Positions 1 through 12,333 of a DNA stretch of 64,000 bases are shown here, piece after piece. Within the stretch, counting starts at the first letter, position 1; each line of letters begins with the position of its first letter. The notes under the pieces are model-generated. The model saw only the letters and a list, made by a program, of their open reading frames with translations. It did not search any database and was not told the DNA's origin. The position numbers and the translations under genes are program-made. The stretch spans positions 29,080,192-29,144,191 of the forward strand of contig NC_057738.1 of the NCBI RefSeq assembly GCF_004010195.1, read 5' to 3'. This DNA is from Chiloscyllium plagiosum (taxonomy: Eukaryota).

Positions 1-978
1 ATAGCAACCTCAAGACTTCGCATGCACAGTTTAGCACAGAAGTGTAGAAATTAGTCAGAGCCTGTGATCAATTAAGAATTATTATATTGTTACTGTCAAG
101 ATTATTTGGGAGATTATTTTTAAAAATAACTTTACAATAACTTTAAAAATAATTTTAATAATAAAAATAGGTTATTAGTTTTACTGTAACCGTATCTAGA
201 AAATTTACATCTTATTAACATCTTGTGCACATTGTTTTTTTCATGACATACTAACTTTCTATTTACTACTCAGAAGCCTCAATGGTCCTGAGAAATTAAA
301 TTCATATTTGTAGAAAATACCCAGCAGTTGTCTGGTCCCAGTATGTGTAAAGTATCAAAACAATGTCAAGCACAAATTCTTCATATTTTTTGAAGTCAGT
401 TTCTAAACAAAGTTACATGCACTATGAACTTGCTGATGTTGCACAATCACAGCCAGCAAGTACAATAATAGAGCTCAGCACAGATCAGTGAGGCAAAAAA
501 AATAATAAAAGGACTTGGAAGAGCTCACAGTACTTTGCAATTTATCCCAAATATCTGCATTGCAGTTTTGAAACTTTATATGAACAGCAATTCTTTTGAG
601 TTGTGACCACAAATGGCGAGAGTTCTTGAACCACAGTAGCACTGTTCAGAAGTATGTAGCAAAACATTTCAGCCAAATGATTTTCACAAATATATTAAGT
701 ACAGCTGTAGATTTGATTTTTAAGAAAATGTTGCAAGTTATAAAAAAAAATAAATTGAACAGAAATTTCATTCTTTTCTTGGCCCTTGCTATAAAGCTAT
801 TTTCTTAACAGCTGGAGAATAATCCCCAAATCCCAGAATCTTTCCAGTAAATCTCTTCTGCATGTATTTCAAGGCGTTGTCAATCTTCCCAAAGTATTGG
901 TGACATTTACCATTTCACTTTAAGAATAATTAGTGCAACAGACTATTCAATTTTGTGAATCATCATTTTAGAAAATGA

Positions 979-1080
979 AGAAGGGCTGAAGAAGGGCTTA
1001 TGCCCGAAACGTCGATTCTCCTGCTCCTTTGATGCTGCCTGACCTGCTGCGCTTTTCCAGCAACACATTTTTAACCTCCT
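979..1080 (+). mobile_element. Short PLE pLTR insertion carrying a minimal HHR
   Basis: Contains CTGAAGA-A-GGGC ttat GCCC-GAAA-CG-TC at 986-1013. Flanked by ttttagaaa(a/g)tga at 966-978 and 1081-1093 (13 bp TSD, 1 mismatch). Confidence 0.8.
986..1013 (+). ncRNA. Minimal hammerhead ribozyme core
   Basis: CUGANGA and GAAA boxes, a 4 bp stem II, a palindromic ACGU stem III and a GUC cleavage triplet. The 5' strand of stem I is disturbed by an 11 bp tandem duplication. Confidence 0.7.
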
Positions 1081-2059
1081 TTTTAGAAAGTGAGTCAATT
1101 ATAAAGAGGGGAAATAATGATTACCATCAGCTGAAATGAACAGACAGTGCCATTTAAAATTTTCCAAAACAGTCCAGCAAAAAGCATTTCTGAGAATCTG
1201 AGAGAATCTAATTCTACCTCAGGCTGTTCTGAACTTGTCATTTTCAAATTTAGGCATCTAATGCTAAAAACTGGTGTCCAGTGTCAATAAGCCATTCCCA
1301 GATCAAATAAACTGTACTTAAGTACAGGATAATGCATTATTTCTCTCCCAAACAGTGTGCTTTAACACTAGATTAAATTTTTCTCTGTGATTGTCTCTTG
1401 TTCCTCATTGCCCATTCGAGGTATTCTTGCAAACTCTGAAAGTCAGAAAAATAAATGACTTCACTACACCAAGAAGTCTGTTAAGACTACTTGGACGTTT
1501 GTCTATGTAAAAAGGACTCTTATAGCTGAGAGAGAAAGTGTTCCATCACATCTGTATGGGCAGCATTTTAAATCACTGTGCTACTCAGTGGTCATTCAGC
1601 TTTAAAAGCAATTGTCCAGTAGTTTTGTGTCTTTGGAAAGAAAGAAAAGTTCTGCTTTATTTTTTTCACAGATTGCATGTAGACCATCTAATTTTCTATG
1701 GGTGCTACATGTTTGAATTGTTACCGGGTGGTACAAAAAGAATTCCAACCTTGCTAGCAAACTAATCTCTGCATTCCCACATTTCTGTCAGGCAGCTTCT
1801 TTGATGACCAGATTCAGCCTGAAAAATCAAAGTATAAAGAGGTTTGAGTGGAATTGCAATCTGCAGTTTTGGTTTTTGTGCGTGGGTGCATTGGAAGACA
1901 ACAGAGTCTGATGACTTTTACAGTTAAAACTGCTGTTGACTTAAATACTGGCATAGAGTTATCATTGACAATATCCAATTCCTCACAGTAAACCCATCAT
2001 CCAAGACTACCAAAGAATTGCCTGGTGCAAGAAATCTGTGTGTTATTTAAATTGGAAGG

Positions 2060-2146
2060 TCCTGAATGGGTTACACCCAAAACCCGAAGGTTTACACCTG
2101 ATGCTGCCTGGCTTGCTGTGTTCTTCCAGTCTCCTGCTTGTCTTCC
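2060..2146 (+). mobile_element. Degenerate PLE pLTR fragment
   Basis: Similar to the pLTRs at 50057-50150 and 62511-62591. Flanked by ttatttaaattg(g)aagg at 2043-2059 and 2147-2162. Confidence 0.7.
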
Positions 2147-2889
2147 TTATTTAAATTGAAGGCAGGGATTTCTTAAAATCTTAAAATTTCTTAAAATGAT
2201 TGAAGAATATTTTGCATGAGACAATTCACAACACGTTACCGCAGTGGTGAACATAAACTGGATGCGATCTTGATTTAAAAACAACACAGGCCCAACTGCA
2301 CTTCTCTTTTTTTGGATCATTGCTTGGAAATGATTCATTGCTTTTCACTACTTTATGCAATATGCAGATCACTTCTCTATTCTTTAATTTTAAAATTATG
2401 CTACATGGTGACTTTTAGTTTTTTTTAAAAGCAGCAGTTAAGGCATAGAACTGGAATGTTCACAGTAGAGTGCTCATTGAAAGTATAGTTTGTGGTCAGC
2501 TGCTAAAAATGTCATCAATGTTCATAGTTTATGAAGGGGATGAAGAAACACTAGGTGTGGTTCTGGTATCTGATCACAATTTAGTGATTCCTGCTAGGAA
2601 TTGATTAAGGATATTTGGTAATTATACTTGCAATGGTCACTTGAATACTTGGGATAAAATTACAAGTGGACATAGAAAAGGATTGCAGACACACAATCAT
2701 CAAAATCTTAATGTAAGTTTGTGCTTTCACAAGATAAGGGAAGTAAATGTGGAAAGCACTAAATGTGGAAATATATTTCTCTCATGAACTATGTATGGAA
2801 ATACATCAAGCTGCTTCTTAGGACTAGGATGCTGGTTTATGAAGCACATGTTGTCAGCAGCCTGTTTTATGGCTGTGAAACACGAATGG

Positions 2890-3340
2890 CATAAAGATAT
2901 CAAGGAACAACTTACTCTTTCCTGCTACTGGCGCATTCTGGGCATCGAATTGAAGGATATAATCACAAATGTGATTGTCCACGTAAAGGCAAAGCTCTCA
3001 AAGTGCAAACAGAGGGACTTTGTTGTTTTGGACACATTTTGGGTCACAGACCCCAAGGACTCTCTGAATTGTGAGGCATATGGAACAAGACAACAAGTCA
3101 GATGCCCACAGCTTCTTCAAGGATGCTTGCTAGTGTGACATGATAGCCCTGGATATCGATTCCCATACCTGGGAGACACTAGCCAATGACAAAGGCAAGT
3201 TTCAATATAACCTATGAGACAGCTTGCACCATGTTGATGCTCACTGGCTACAGAGACATAACAATAAGTGCCAAGGCTGAAAACAGTAATCCTCAATGGT
3301 ACATGATCAGTATATCACATGTGGTACTTCAACAGAACCA
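2890..3340 (+). mobile_element. Old RTE-clade LINE 3' remnant
   Basis: The translated fragments LSCYWRILGIELKDIITNV and DPKDSL resemble the RTE C-terminal motifs RCLRRILGIxWxDxITN and RIPKDLLYG. Confidence 0.6.
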
Positions 3341-3394
3341 ACCTCTCTTCAGCCCTCAATACACTTTTCCCAGCAGATTTGATTTGATGCACAT

Positions 3395-3595
3395 CTCTGC
3401 CTCAGAAGGCAGTGGAGTGGGGGTCATTGAATATTTTTAAGGTGGAGGAAAATAGATTTGTGTTAGATAATGGAATTGAAGGTTATCAGAGATAGATGGG
3501 AATGTGGAATTTGGAACACAAACCATGATGTTATTGAATGGTAAACTGACTTGAAGCACTGAATTGTCTATATCTGCTCCTCATTCATATTTCTA
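3395..3595 (+). mobile_element. CR1 LINE 3' end remnant
   Basis: ggcagtggag...gaatatttttaaggtggag...gatttg...gaatgg...ctgctcct, the same layout as the other CR1 3' ends in the window. Confidence 0.6.
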
Positions 3596-3755
3596 TCATC
3601 TTAAGCAGATGGAAGTATGCTGATGAGAAACATAAATATGCTGCAGGATGTCTACTAGGTTGTGCTAATATTTCCAGGGTACAAAGTTTGGGTGAAGATT
3701 TGTAGCTTGGGTGCTCGTTGTTGTGGTTCTGTTCGCCGAGCTGAAAATTTTTGTT

Positions 3756-3795
3756 GCAGACATTTCGTCCCCTGTCTAGGTGACATCCTCAGTGC
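3756..3795 (-). ncRNA. Minimal HHR in PLE pLTR (left arm)
   Basis: Reverse complement: gca CUGAGGA u GUC accuagacaggg GAC GAAA ug UC ugc. Stems I, II and III and both core boxes are present. Confidence 0.78.
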
Positions 3796-4911
3796 TTGGG
3801 AGTCTCCTGTGAAGCGCTTCTGTGGTGTTTCCTCCGGCATTTATAGTGGCCTGTCCCTGCCGCTTCCGGTTGTCAGTTTCAGCTGTCCGTTGTAGTGGCC
3901 GGTATATTGGGTCCAGGTCGATGTTGTTTGTTGATGGAGTTTGTGGATGAGTGACAAGCTTCTAGGAATTCCCTGGCTGTTCTCTGTTTGGCTTGCCCTA
4001 TAATGGTAGTGTTTCCCAGTCGAACCCATGTTGCTTGTCATCTGCGTGTGTGGCTACTAAGGATAGCTGGTCGTGGCGTTTCGTGGCTAGTTGATGTTCA
4101 TGGGTGCGGATCGTTAGCTGTCTTCCTGTTTGTCCTATATAGTGCTTTGTGTAGTCCTTGCATTGGATTTTGTACACTACATTAGTTTTGCTCATGCTCG
4201 GTATCGGGTCCTTCGTACTGGTGAGTTGTTGGCTGAGGGTGGCTGTTGGTTTGTGTGCTGTTACAAGTCCTAGTGGTCGCAGTAGTCTGGCTGTCAGTTC
4301 TGAAATGCTCCTGATGTATGGTAGTGTGGCTAGTCCTTTGGGTTGTGGCATGTCCTCGTTCCGTTGTCTTTCTCTTAGGCATCTGTTGATGAAATTGCGC
4401 GGGTATCCGTTTTTGGCGAATACCTTGTACACAGCACACCTTATAACAGCACACAAACCAACAGCCACCCTCAGACAACAACTCACCAGTACGAAGGACC
4501 CGATACCCAGCATGAGCAAAACTAATGTAGTGTACAAAATCCCATGCAAGGACTGCACAAAACACTATATAGGACAAACAGGAAGACAGCTAACGATCCG
4601 CATCCATGAACATCAACTAGCCACGAAACGACACGACCAGCTATCCCTAGTGGCCACACATGCAGACGACAAGCAACATGAATTCGACTGGGACAATACT
4701 ACCATTATAGGGCAAACCAAACAAAGAACAGCCAGGGAATTCCTAGAAGCATGGCACTCATCCACAAACTCCATCAACAAACACATTGACCTGGACCCAA
4801 TATACCGGCCACTACAGCGGACAGCTGAAACTGACAACCGGAAGCGGCAGGGACAGGCCACTATAAATGCTGGAGGAAACACCACAGAAGCGCTTCACAG
4901 GAGGCTCCCAA

Positions 4912-4951
4912 GCACTGAGGATGTCACCTAGACAGGGGACGAAATGTCTGC
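4912..4951 (+). ncRNA. Minimal HHR in PLE pLTR (right arm)
   Basis: gca CTGAGGA t GTC acctagacaggg GAC GAAA tg TC tgc. Confidence 0.78.
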
Positions 4952-5061
4952 AACAAAAATTTCCAGCTCGGCGAACAGAACCACAACAATTTCCAGGGTA
5001 CATCCAAACCAGCGTAAAGCAGTAAGGAATTCCATGCATAAATTATACCCAACACAAATAA

Positions 5062-5117
5062 AGTTCTGAAGAAGGATCATTGATGTGAAATGTTAACTCT
5101 GCTTTCTCTCTCCACAT
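5062..5117 (+). mobile_element. 5' half of an old PLE pLTR fragment that continues at about 9391-9460
   Basis: gttctgaagaagg...gaaatgttaactctgctttctctctccaca resumes as atgttgtcagacctgctgagtttctccagca after the CR1. The same family occurs uninterrupted at 60068-60165. Confidence 0.65.
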
Positions 5118-5320
5118 TTAGAACAAAACAAAGAAAATTTACAGCCAAGGAACAGGCCCTTTGGCCCTCAAAGCCTGATCTGATCCAAATCCACTGTCTA
5201 AACCTATCGCCCAATTCCTAAGCATCTGTATCCCTCTGCTCTCCAACTACTCATGCATCTGTCCAGACATACCTTAAATAAATCTACCGTGCCTACCTCT
5301 ACTGGCAATGTGTTCCACGC

Positions 5321-5738
5321 GTTTAGATTAGAGTGCTGCTGGAAAAGCACAGCAGGTCAGGCAGCATCCGACGAACAGGAAAATCAACGTTTCGGGCAAA
5401 AGCCCTTCATCAGGAATAGAGGCAGGAAGACTCCAGGGTGGAGAGATAAATGGTGTGGGGGGTGGGGCTGGGGAGAAGGTAACAAAGAGTACAATAGGTG
5501 AATGGGGGTAGGGATGGAGGTGATAGGTCAGAAGGAAGGGTGGGAAGGGAGATTGGCAGGTAGGACAGGGCTCAGCTGGAAGGCTGGAACTAGGGTAAGG
5601 TGGGGGGAGGGGAAATGAGGAAACTGGTAAAGTCCATGTTGAGGCCCTGGGGTTGAAGTGTTTGGAAAAGCACAGCAGGTCAGGCAGCATCCGAGGAGCA
5701 TCACTCTGATCTAAACTCTGGTTTCTAGGAATGGAGAG
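5321..5738 (-). mobile_element. Neptune-type PLE 3'/pLTR fragment inserted in the CR1, with an HHR at about 5382-5417
   Basis: The reverse complement contains CTGATGA-A-GGGC tttt GCCC-GAAA-CGTT. It shares its pLTR with 25375-25587 and has a partial internal tandem repeat and an inverted end. Confidence 0.85.
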
Positions 5739-5820
5739 GCACCTACCACTCTCTGTGTAAAGTACTTTCCGTGTGTATCCTCCTTAAAATTTTCACCACT
5801 CACCTTGAACACGTGATCTC

Positions 5821-6496
5821 GGTCTCCTTCCCATCAGAAAGATGTTGTGAAACTAGAAAGGGTTCAGGAAAGATTTACAAGGAGGTTGCCGGGGTTGGAG
5901 GATTTGAGCTATAGGGAGAGGCTGAACAGGCTGGGGCTGTTTTCCCTGGAGCGTCAAAGGCTGAGGGGTGACCTTATAGAGGTTTACAAAATTATAAGCG
6001 GCATGGATAGGATAAATAGACAAAGTCTTTTCCCTGGGGTTAGGGAGTCCAGAACTAGAGGGCATAGGTTTAGGGTGAGAGGGGAAAGATATAAAACAGA
6101 CCTAAGAGGCAACTTTTTCACATAGAGGGTGGTACATGTATGAAATGAGCTGCCAGAGGAAGTGGTGGAGGCTGGTACAATTGCAACATTCAAAAGGCAT
6201 TTTGATGGGTATATGAATAGGAAGATAAAAACAAAGACTGCAGATGCTGGAAACCAGAGTCTAGAATAGAGTGGTGCTGGAAAAGCACAGCAGGTCAGGC
6301 AGCATACGAGGGGTAGGAAAATCGGCATTTCAGACAAAAGCCCTTCATAACAGAAAGTGCATATGAATAGGAAGAGTTTGGAGGGATATGGGTCGGGTAC
6401 TGGCAGGTGGGACTAGATTGGATTGGGATATCTGGTCGGCATGGACAGGTTGGACCGAAGGGTCTGTTTCCATGCTGTACACCTTTATGATTCCAC
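5821..6496 (+). mobile_element. Younger CR1 (HER1-like) 3' fragment inserted in the long CR1
   Basis: The ORF LERVQERFTRRLPGLEDLSYRERLNRLGLFSLE...RTRGHRF is followed by a CR1 3' UTR. Confidence 0.92.
6225..6360 (-). mobile_element. Short PLE pLTR insertion inside the younger CR1
   Basis: Perfect 14 bp TSD, atatgaataggaag, at 6211-6224 and 6361-6374. Degenerate HHR. Confidence 0.88.
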
Positions 6497-9400
6497 AACT
6501 CTTGTTATTGAAACCCTCACCCTGGGAAAAAGCTTATATCTATCTACCCTGTCTACACCCTTCATGATTTCAATCAGGTCCCCCCCCCCATCTCCTTTTT
6601 ACTAAAGAAAAAAATCCTAACCTACTCAACCTTTCTTCATAGCTAGCACCTTCCATACCAGGCAACATCTTCATAAACCTTCTCTGCGCCCTCTCCAAAG
6701 TGTCCACATCCTTTTGGTAATGTGGCAACCAGAACTGTACACAGAATTCTAAATGCGGCCGAACCAATACCTTGTACAATTTTATCATGACCTGACAGCT
6801 CTTATACTCAATACCCCATCTGATGTAGGCAAGCATACCATACGCCCACTTAACCACTCTATCCACCTGTGCGGCCACCCTCAGGGTACAATGGAGCTCA
6901 ACTCCCAGATCTCTCTGCTCATCAACTTTTCCTATGGCTCTTCTGTTTACAATACAGTTCGCTCTAGAATTAGACTTCCCAAAATGCTTCACCTCACATT
7001 TGCCTGGATTGAACTCCATCTGCCACGTCTCCACCAAACTCTCCAGTCTATCTGTATTTTTTTATTACCTATCTGTATCCTCTATTCTTTGACAATCCCC
7101 TCTGCTTTCTGCTACTCCACCAACCTTGGTGTCATCTGCAAACTTACAAGACCAGCAGTGCCCTCTTCCAGATCATTTATGTATATCACAAACAACAGTG
7201 ACCCCAGCACTGATCCCTGTGGAACATCACTGGTCACCTTTCTCCATTTCAAGAAACTCTCTTCAACTACTATTTTCTGTCTCCTGTTGCTCAACCAGTT
7301 CTTTATCCACCGAGCTAGAACACCCTACACATCATGTGACTTCACTTTCTCCATTCGTTTACCATGGGGAACCTGATTAAATGGCTTACTAAAGTCCATA
7401 TATATGACATCTACAACCCTTCCTTCATCTATCAACTTGGTCACTTCCTCAAAGAACTCTATTAAGTTGGTAAGACACAATCTCCCCCTCACAGAACCAT
7501 GTTGCCTATCACTGATAAGCCCATTCTTTTCCAAATATAAATAGATTTTATCCTTCAGTACCTTCTCCAGCAACTTTCCCACCACAGGCTCACTGGTCTG
7601 TAGTTATCTGGAATATCCCTACTACCCTTCTTGTACAGGGGGACAACATGAGCAACCCTCCAGTCCTCCGGCACCTCACCTGTATTTAAGGATGCTACAA
7701 AGATATCTGTCAGGGCCCCAGCTATTTCCTTTTCGCCTCCCTCAGCAACCTGGAATAGATCTCATCTGGTCCTGGGGATATGTCCACCTTAATATCCTTT
7801 AGCTTACCCAACACATCTTCCCTCCTTATGTCAACATGATCTAAAGTAAACAAACTTCTATCTCTAATCTCAACATTCATCATGTCCCTCTCCTCAGTGA
7901 ACACTGATGCAAAGTAATCATTAAGAATCTCACCCATTTTCTCAGGTTCGACACACAACCTTCCTTCCTTATTCTTTAGTGGACCAACCCTTTCTCTAGT
8001 TACCCTCTTGCTTCTTATACATGAATAAAAGGCCTTGGGATTCTCCTTAATTCTGCTCAATAAAGTTATTTCATGACCCCTTTTAGCTCGCTTGATTCCT
8101 CATTTTAAGATTGGTCCTACTCTTCCGATATTCCTCCAAGGCCCACTCTGTTCTTAGCTGCCTGGACCTTATGTATGCTTCCCTTTTCCTCTTGGCTAGT
8201 TGCACGATTTCTCCTGTCATCCATGGTTCACGAATCTTGCTTTTCCTATCCCTTGTTTTCAAAGGGACATGCCTATCCTGCACTATCTGTCTTTGAAAGC
8301 CTCCCACATATCAAATGTGGATTTCCCTTCAAATTGCTGCTCCCAAACCACGTTTCCCAGCTCCTGACGAATTTTGATATAATTGGCCTTGGCCCAGTAC
8401 TCCTCCCTTAGGACCACTCTCATCTTTGTTTACAAGTATTCTAAAACTTACAGAATTGTGGTCACTATTCCTAAAGAAATCTCCCCACTGCAACTTCTAC
8501 CACCTGGCCTGGCTCATTCCCCAACACCAGGACCAATATGGCCCCCTCCCTCAGCAGACTATTGATATACTGCTCTAGACAACTTTCCTGGTCGCTCCTT
8601 ACAAATTCTGCCCCATCTAGATCTCTGACACTAAGTATATCCCAGTCAATGTTGGGAAAATTAAAATCTCCCATCACCACTACCCTGTTGCCTTTACATC
8701 TTTCCATAATCTGTTTACCTATTTGTTTTTCTACCTCACACTCACTGTTGGGAGGCCTGTAATACAGTCCCACCAATGTAACTGCGTCCTTCTTATTTCT
8801 CAGCTCCACCCATAGTGCCTCACTTCTCAAGCCCTCCAGTATCCTCCTTTAGTACAGCAGTGATATCATCCCTGACCAGCAATGCAACTCCACACCCCAC
8901 ACCCCCACTTTTACTTTCCTCCCTGTCCTCTCTGAAGCATCTATATCCTGGAACATTTAGTAGCCAATCATGACCTTCCTTCAATCAAGTCTCTGTGATT
9001 GCAAGAATGTCATACTCCTAGGCACCAATCTAAAACCTAAGTTCATCTTCCTTACCCACTATATTCCTTGCATTAAAGTATGTGCACTTCAGGCCACCAG
9101 TTCTTTTGTATTCATCTGCTCTCTGTCTACTCTTCCCCTTGGTAATGCTCACTTCATGGTCCGTACAATCTGTAGTTTGCACCTCAATGTCTACTCGTCT
9201 TCTCTTCTGGTTCCCAGCTCCCTGCCACATCAGTTTAAAACCTCTCCAATAGCAGTAGCAAAAACTCCTCCAAGGATATTAGTTCCAGTCTGGTTCAGGT
9301 GTAGACCATCCAATTTGTAATAGTCCCACCTTCACCAGAACCAGTCTTAAAGTCCCACAAATCTGAACCCCTCCCTCCTACACCATCCCGCAATATGTTG

Positions 9401-9856
9401 TCAGACCTGCTGAGTTTCTCCAGCAATCTTGGTTTTTGTTTCAGCATCCACAGTTTTTTTTGGTCTTTTTAAAAATCATCTTTGTCCTAGTCTAAAGAAA
9501 AGGAAGTCTGTCCTGTTAGTAAAGCTGGGCGTGCCCCTCTGTCAAAGTAATCACTGTCGCAAGCTTTTCTCTAAATTTGTCCATTTGCAGCCCTCTGAGT
9601 GGTTTCTTAAAATTAAGCCTTTTTAAAGAAAAGGTCAAGGAAACTAAGATATTAAAAACATACTTAATTTACTAAGAAAAGGATTACTGCCACCAATGTA
9701 AGTATTAAATGATTATTATTTAAAATAGGTCTACTCACAATTGGTGGAACAGACTCAGATGAGAAAGATTTATTTGGGATATGGAATAAACTCATTTTCA
9801 ACTGTGATAATAAAAGTGCATCAAATTACCACTGCATTAACAAATTTTTGATGTTC

Positions 9857-10165
9857 TAGATTAGATTCCCTACAGTGTGGAAACAGGCCCTTCAGCCCAA
9901 CCTGTCTACACTGACCATCCGGAGAGTAACCCACCCAGACCCATTTCCCTCTGACAAATGCACCTAACACTTTGGGCAATTTAGCATGGCCAATTCACCT
10001 AACTTGCACATCTTTGGACTGTGGGAGGAAACCAGAGCACCTAGAGGAAATCCACGCAGACAAGGGGAGAATGTGCAAACTCCACACAGACAGTTGCCCG
10101 AGGCTGGAACTGAACCTGGGATCCTGGCACTGTGAGGCAGCAGTGCTAACCACGAGCCACCCTGC
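9857..10165 (-). mobile_element. HE1-type V-SINE
   Basis: tRNA-like head, V-domain (gtggagtttgcacattctcccc) and AATCT tail. tgttcta repeats flank it. Confidence 0.92.
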
Positions 10166-11233
10166 TGTTCTAAAGTATTACTTGACTGAGTTGGTTCACT
10201 GGTGATTTTACATTCAAGGGGAAACTTGAATCCTAAAATAAATTTGGAAAACTGATAGAAGTCTTAATACAATTTGCACCTGGAATACTGATTGCATACA
10301 GAGTGAAAATTCTACAATGTACAGACAGACTCATGACAGCCATCTAGATCGATGGAATTCAAGGTGCAGTGCTTTGCTGAGTAGCAAACTCTTCCTGCTC
10401 ATTTATCCACACAACTTTAGGAATTTCTGAATCTCTGGAGGATTCAAATTACCCTCGGTGCAGCTAAAATGATCCAAGCGAGAAAAATGAGCTGAAAAAA
10501 AAAATCTTGTTTATTAAAGGTAAAGCTATTTTTACACCAACAGGACATTATAGTAATTTATAAGCCTCCTAAAATAGCAGTCAAATAGTTTATATTTCCC
10601 CTTATTTGGAACCTCTAAAGGGTTTTCCATCACTATTTATTTTCTGATATATTTTAAATAAATTATAACCAAAAAAACCCCTATGATGCATATTGTAATA
10701 AAACACAACAAAGATCAAAGCATTGAATACAGGAAACTTGTCTTGTTTACAACAGACTGCAGGAAATGGAAAATTGTAATGTATTATTCTAAAATGCATA
10801 ATACAGGTTATGAGACACCAATAAGAGGTTATTTTAAATAATATCAACTTGTGAGTATCTTAACATGCACAGTAATCTTATACCAAATTAAAAAAGAGAG
10901 AATGTAAATAGGCAGATTGTCCGAAAGTAGTCGTTTTCAGCTATAAATGGGAACTCCATAGTCCACAATACAAATGAAGCACACCGCAAACCAAAAAAAC
11001 CTGAAGATTATAATTGTATCAATTTGCTTTCTAACTCCTCAAAAAATACCAAAAGTTAGCTGGAAAAGATTTCAGTAAAAAGAATAGATAGCTCAAAGAT
11101 TTTGGGCACAGATCCAACTGTCCTGTTCAAAATTTATTATAAAGATAGACATTGCACATGGTTTCTAGGAAATTTCCACTGATTGTTAAAACGTACTGTC
11201 TTTAATTGGCATCAAAATGATGTCTACGTACAG

Positions 11234-12230
11234 TCATAGAAACACAGATAACAGGAGCAGGAGTAGACCCTTGGGCTCTTCAAGTCGTCTTTGCCATTCA
11301 ATATGATCATGGCTCATCCAACTCCGTACCCTGTTCCCTCTTTCTTTCCATATCCTTTGATTCTTTTAGCCCTAATAACTATGTCTAACTCCTTCTTGGA
11401 AACACTCAATATTTTAATCTCAACTGCTTTCTGTGGCAGAGGATTCCTGGACTCACCACTTTCTGAGTGAAGAAATTTCTCCTCGTCTCAGTCCTAAATG
11501 GCCTACCCCACATTATTAGACCATGACCTCTGGTTCTGGACTCCCAGTCATCTGGACTATCCTTTATGTGTTTACTCTGTTGAATTCTGTTAGTGATTTA
11601 TAGTTTTCTATGTGATCGCCCCATTTTTCTAAACTTCAATGAACATAGTCCTAACCAATCCAAACTATCCCAACATGTCTGTGCTGCCATCCCAAGAATC
11701 AGTCTGGAAAACCTTTGTTGCATTCTCTCCATAGCCAGACCATCCTTCCTCAGATAGAGATCAATATTCCAAGTATGATTTCACCAAGGCCCCGTACAAT
11801 TGCAGCAATGCATCCCTGCTCCTGTACTCAAATCTTCTAGCAATGATAGCCAACATGCTACTTGCATGCTTCACCACCGACTGCACCTACACTCTTGAAG
11901 TAACTGGTGTATGTGGACACCCAGGTCTCATTGCACCTTCCCTTTCACAATTGATCACAATTCAGATTATAGTCTGCTTTTCTATTTTTGGTACCAAAGT
12001 GGATAACTTCATATTTGTCCATATTATACTTCATCTGCCAAGCATTTGCCCACTGACTCAACTTGTTCAATTTACATTGAAGTATCGCTGCACCCTCCTC
12101 ACAGCTCACCATTCCAACTGGCTTTGTATTGTCAGCGAACTTGAAAAGATTACATTTACTTCCCTCATCTAAAACATTAATGTATATTGTGAATGGTTGG
12201 GGTTCCAAACACTGATAATCAGTGCTCCAC
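11234..12230 (-). mobile_element. CR1 LINE 3' fragment (older family)
   Basis: Translates as PFTIYINVLD...KFADNTK...WANAWQMKYN. The 3' end reads catagaaac...ggagcaggagtag. Confidence 0.88.
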
Positions 12231-12333
12231 AAAACATATTACAAATGGGACTTAAGAACATTAGTTTATATTGAGCTTTTATTAAAAGACAGAACAAGTA
12301 ATAAGCAACTGGAACAAATAAGAATGGATCACA

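Larger units (their letters stand above)
3684..4988. mobile_element. Penelope/Poseidon-type PLE: two 5'-truncated copies head-to-head (minus arm about 3684-4430, plus arm about 4440-4988)
   Basis: The GIY-YIG endonuclease motif NVVYKIPCKDCTKHYIGQTGRQLTIRIHEH is present on both arms. A perfect 14 bp TSD, atttccagggtaca, lies at 3670-3683 and 4989-5002. Confidence 0.93.
5118..9390 (-). mobile_element. Long 5'-truncated CR1 LINE (end of ORF1 esterase plus decayed ORF2 APE-RT) with nested insertions
   Basis: The ORF1 tail reads DGLHLNQTGTNILGG. APE motifs are FNARNIVGK, GLYYRPPN and MGDFNFPNIDW. RT motifs are DVIYMDFSKPFNQVPH and [19 protein letters not shown]. The C-terminal VRPHLEFCVQFW motif is present. 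Frameshifts and stops occur throughout. Confidence 0.95.

Noticed and set aside
4158-4931. 257 aa ORF as a novel membrane-anchored nuclease
   Set aside because: It is a read-through across the inversion junction. The hydrophobic N-terminal half is the antisense frame of the left PLE arm, and only the C-terminal half is real GIY-YIG sequence.
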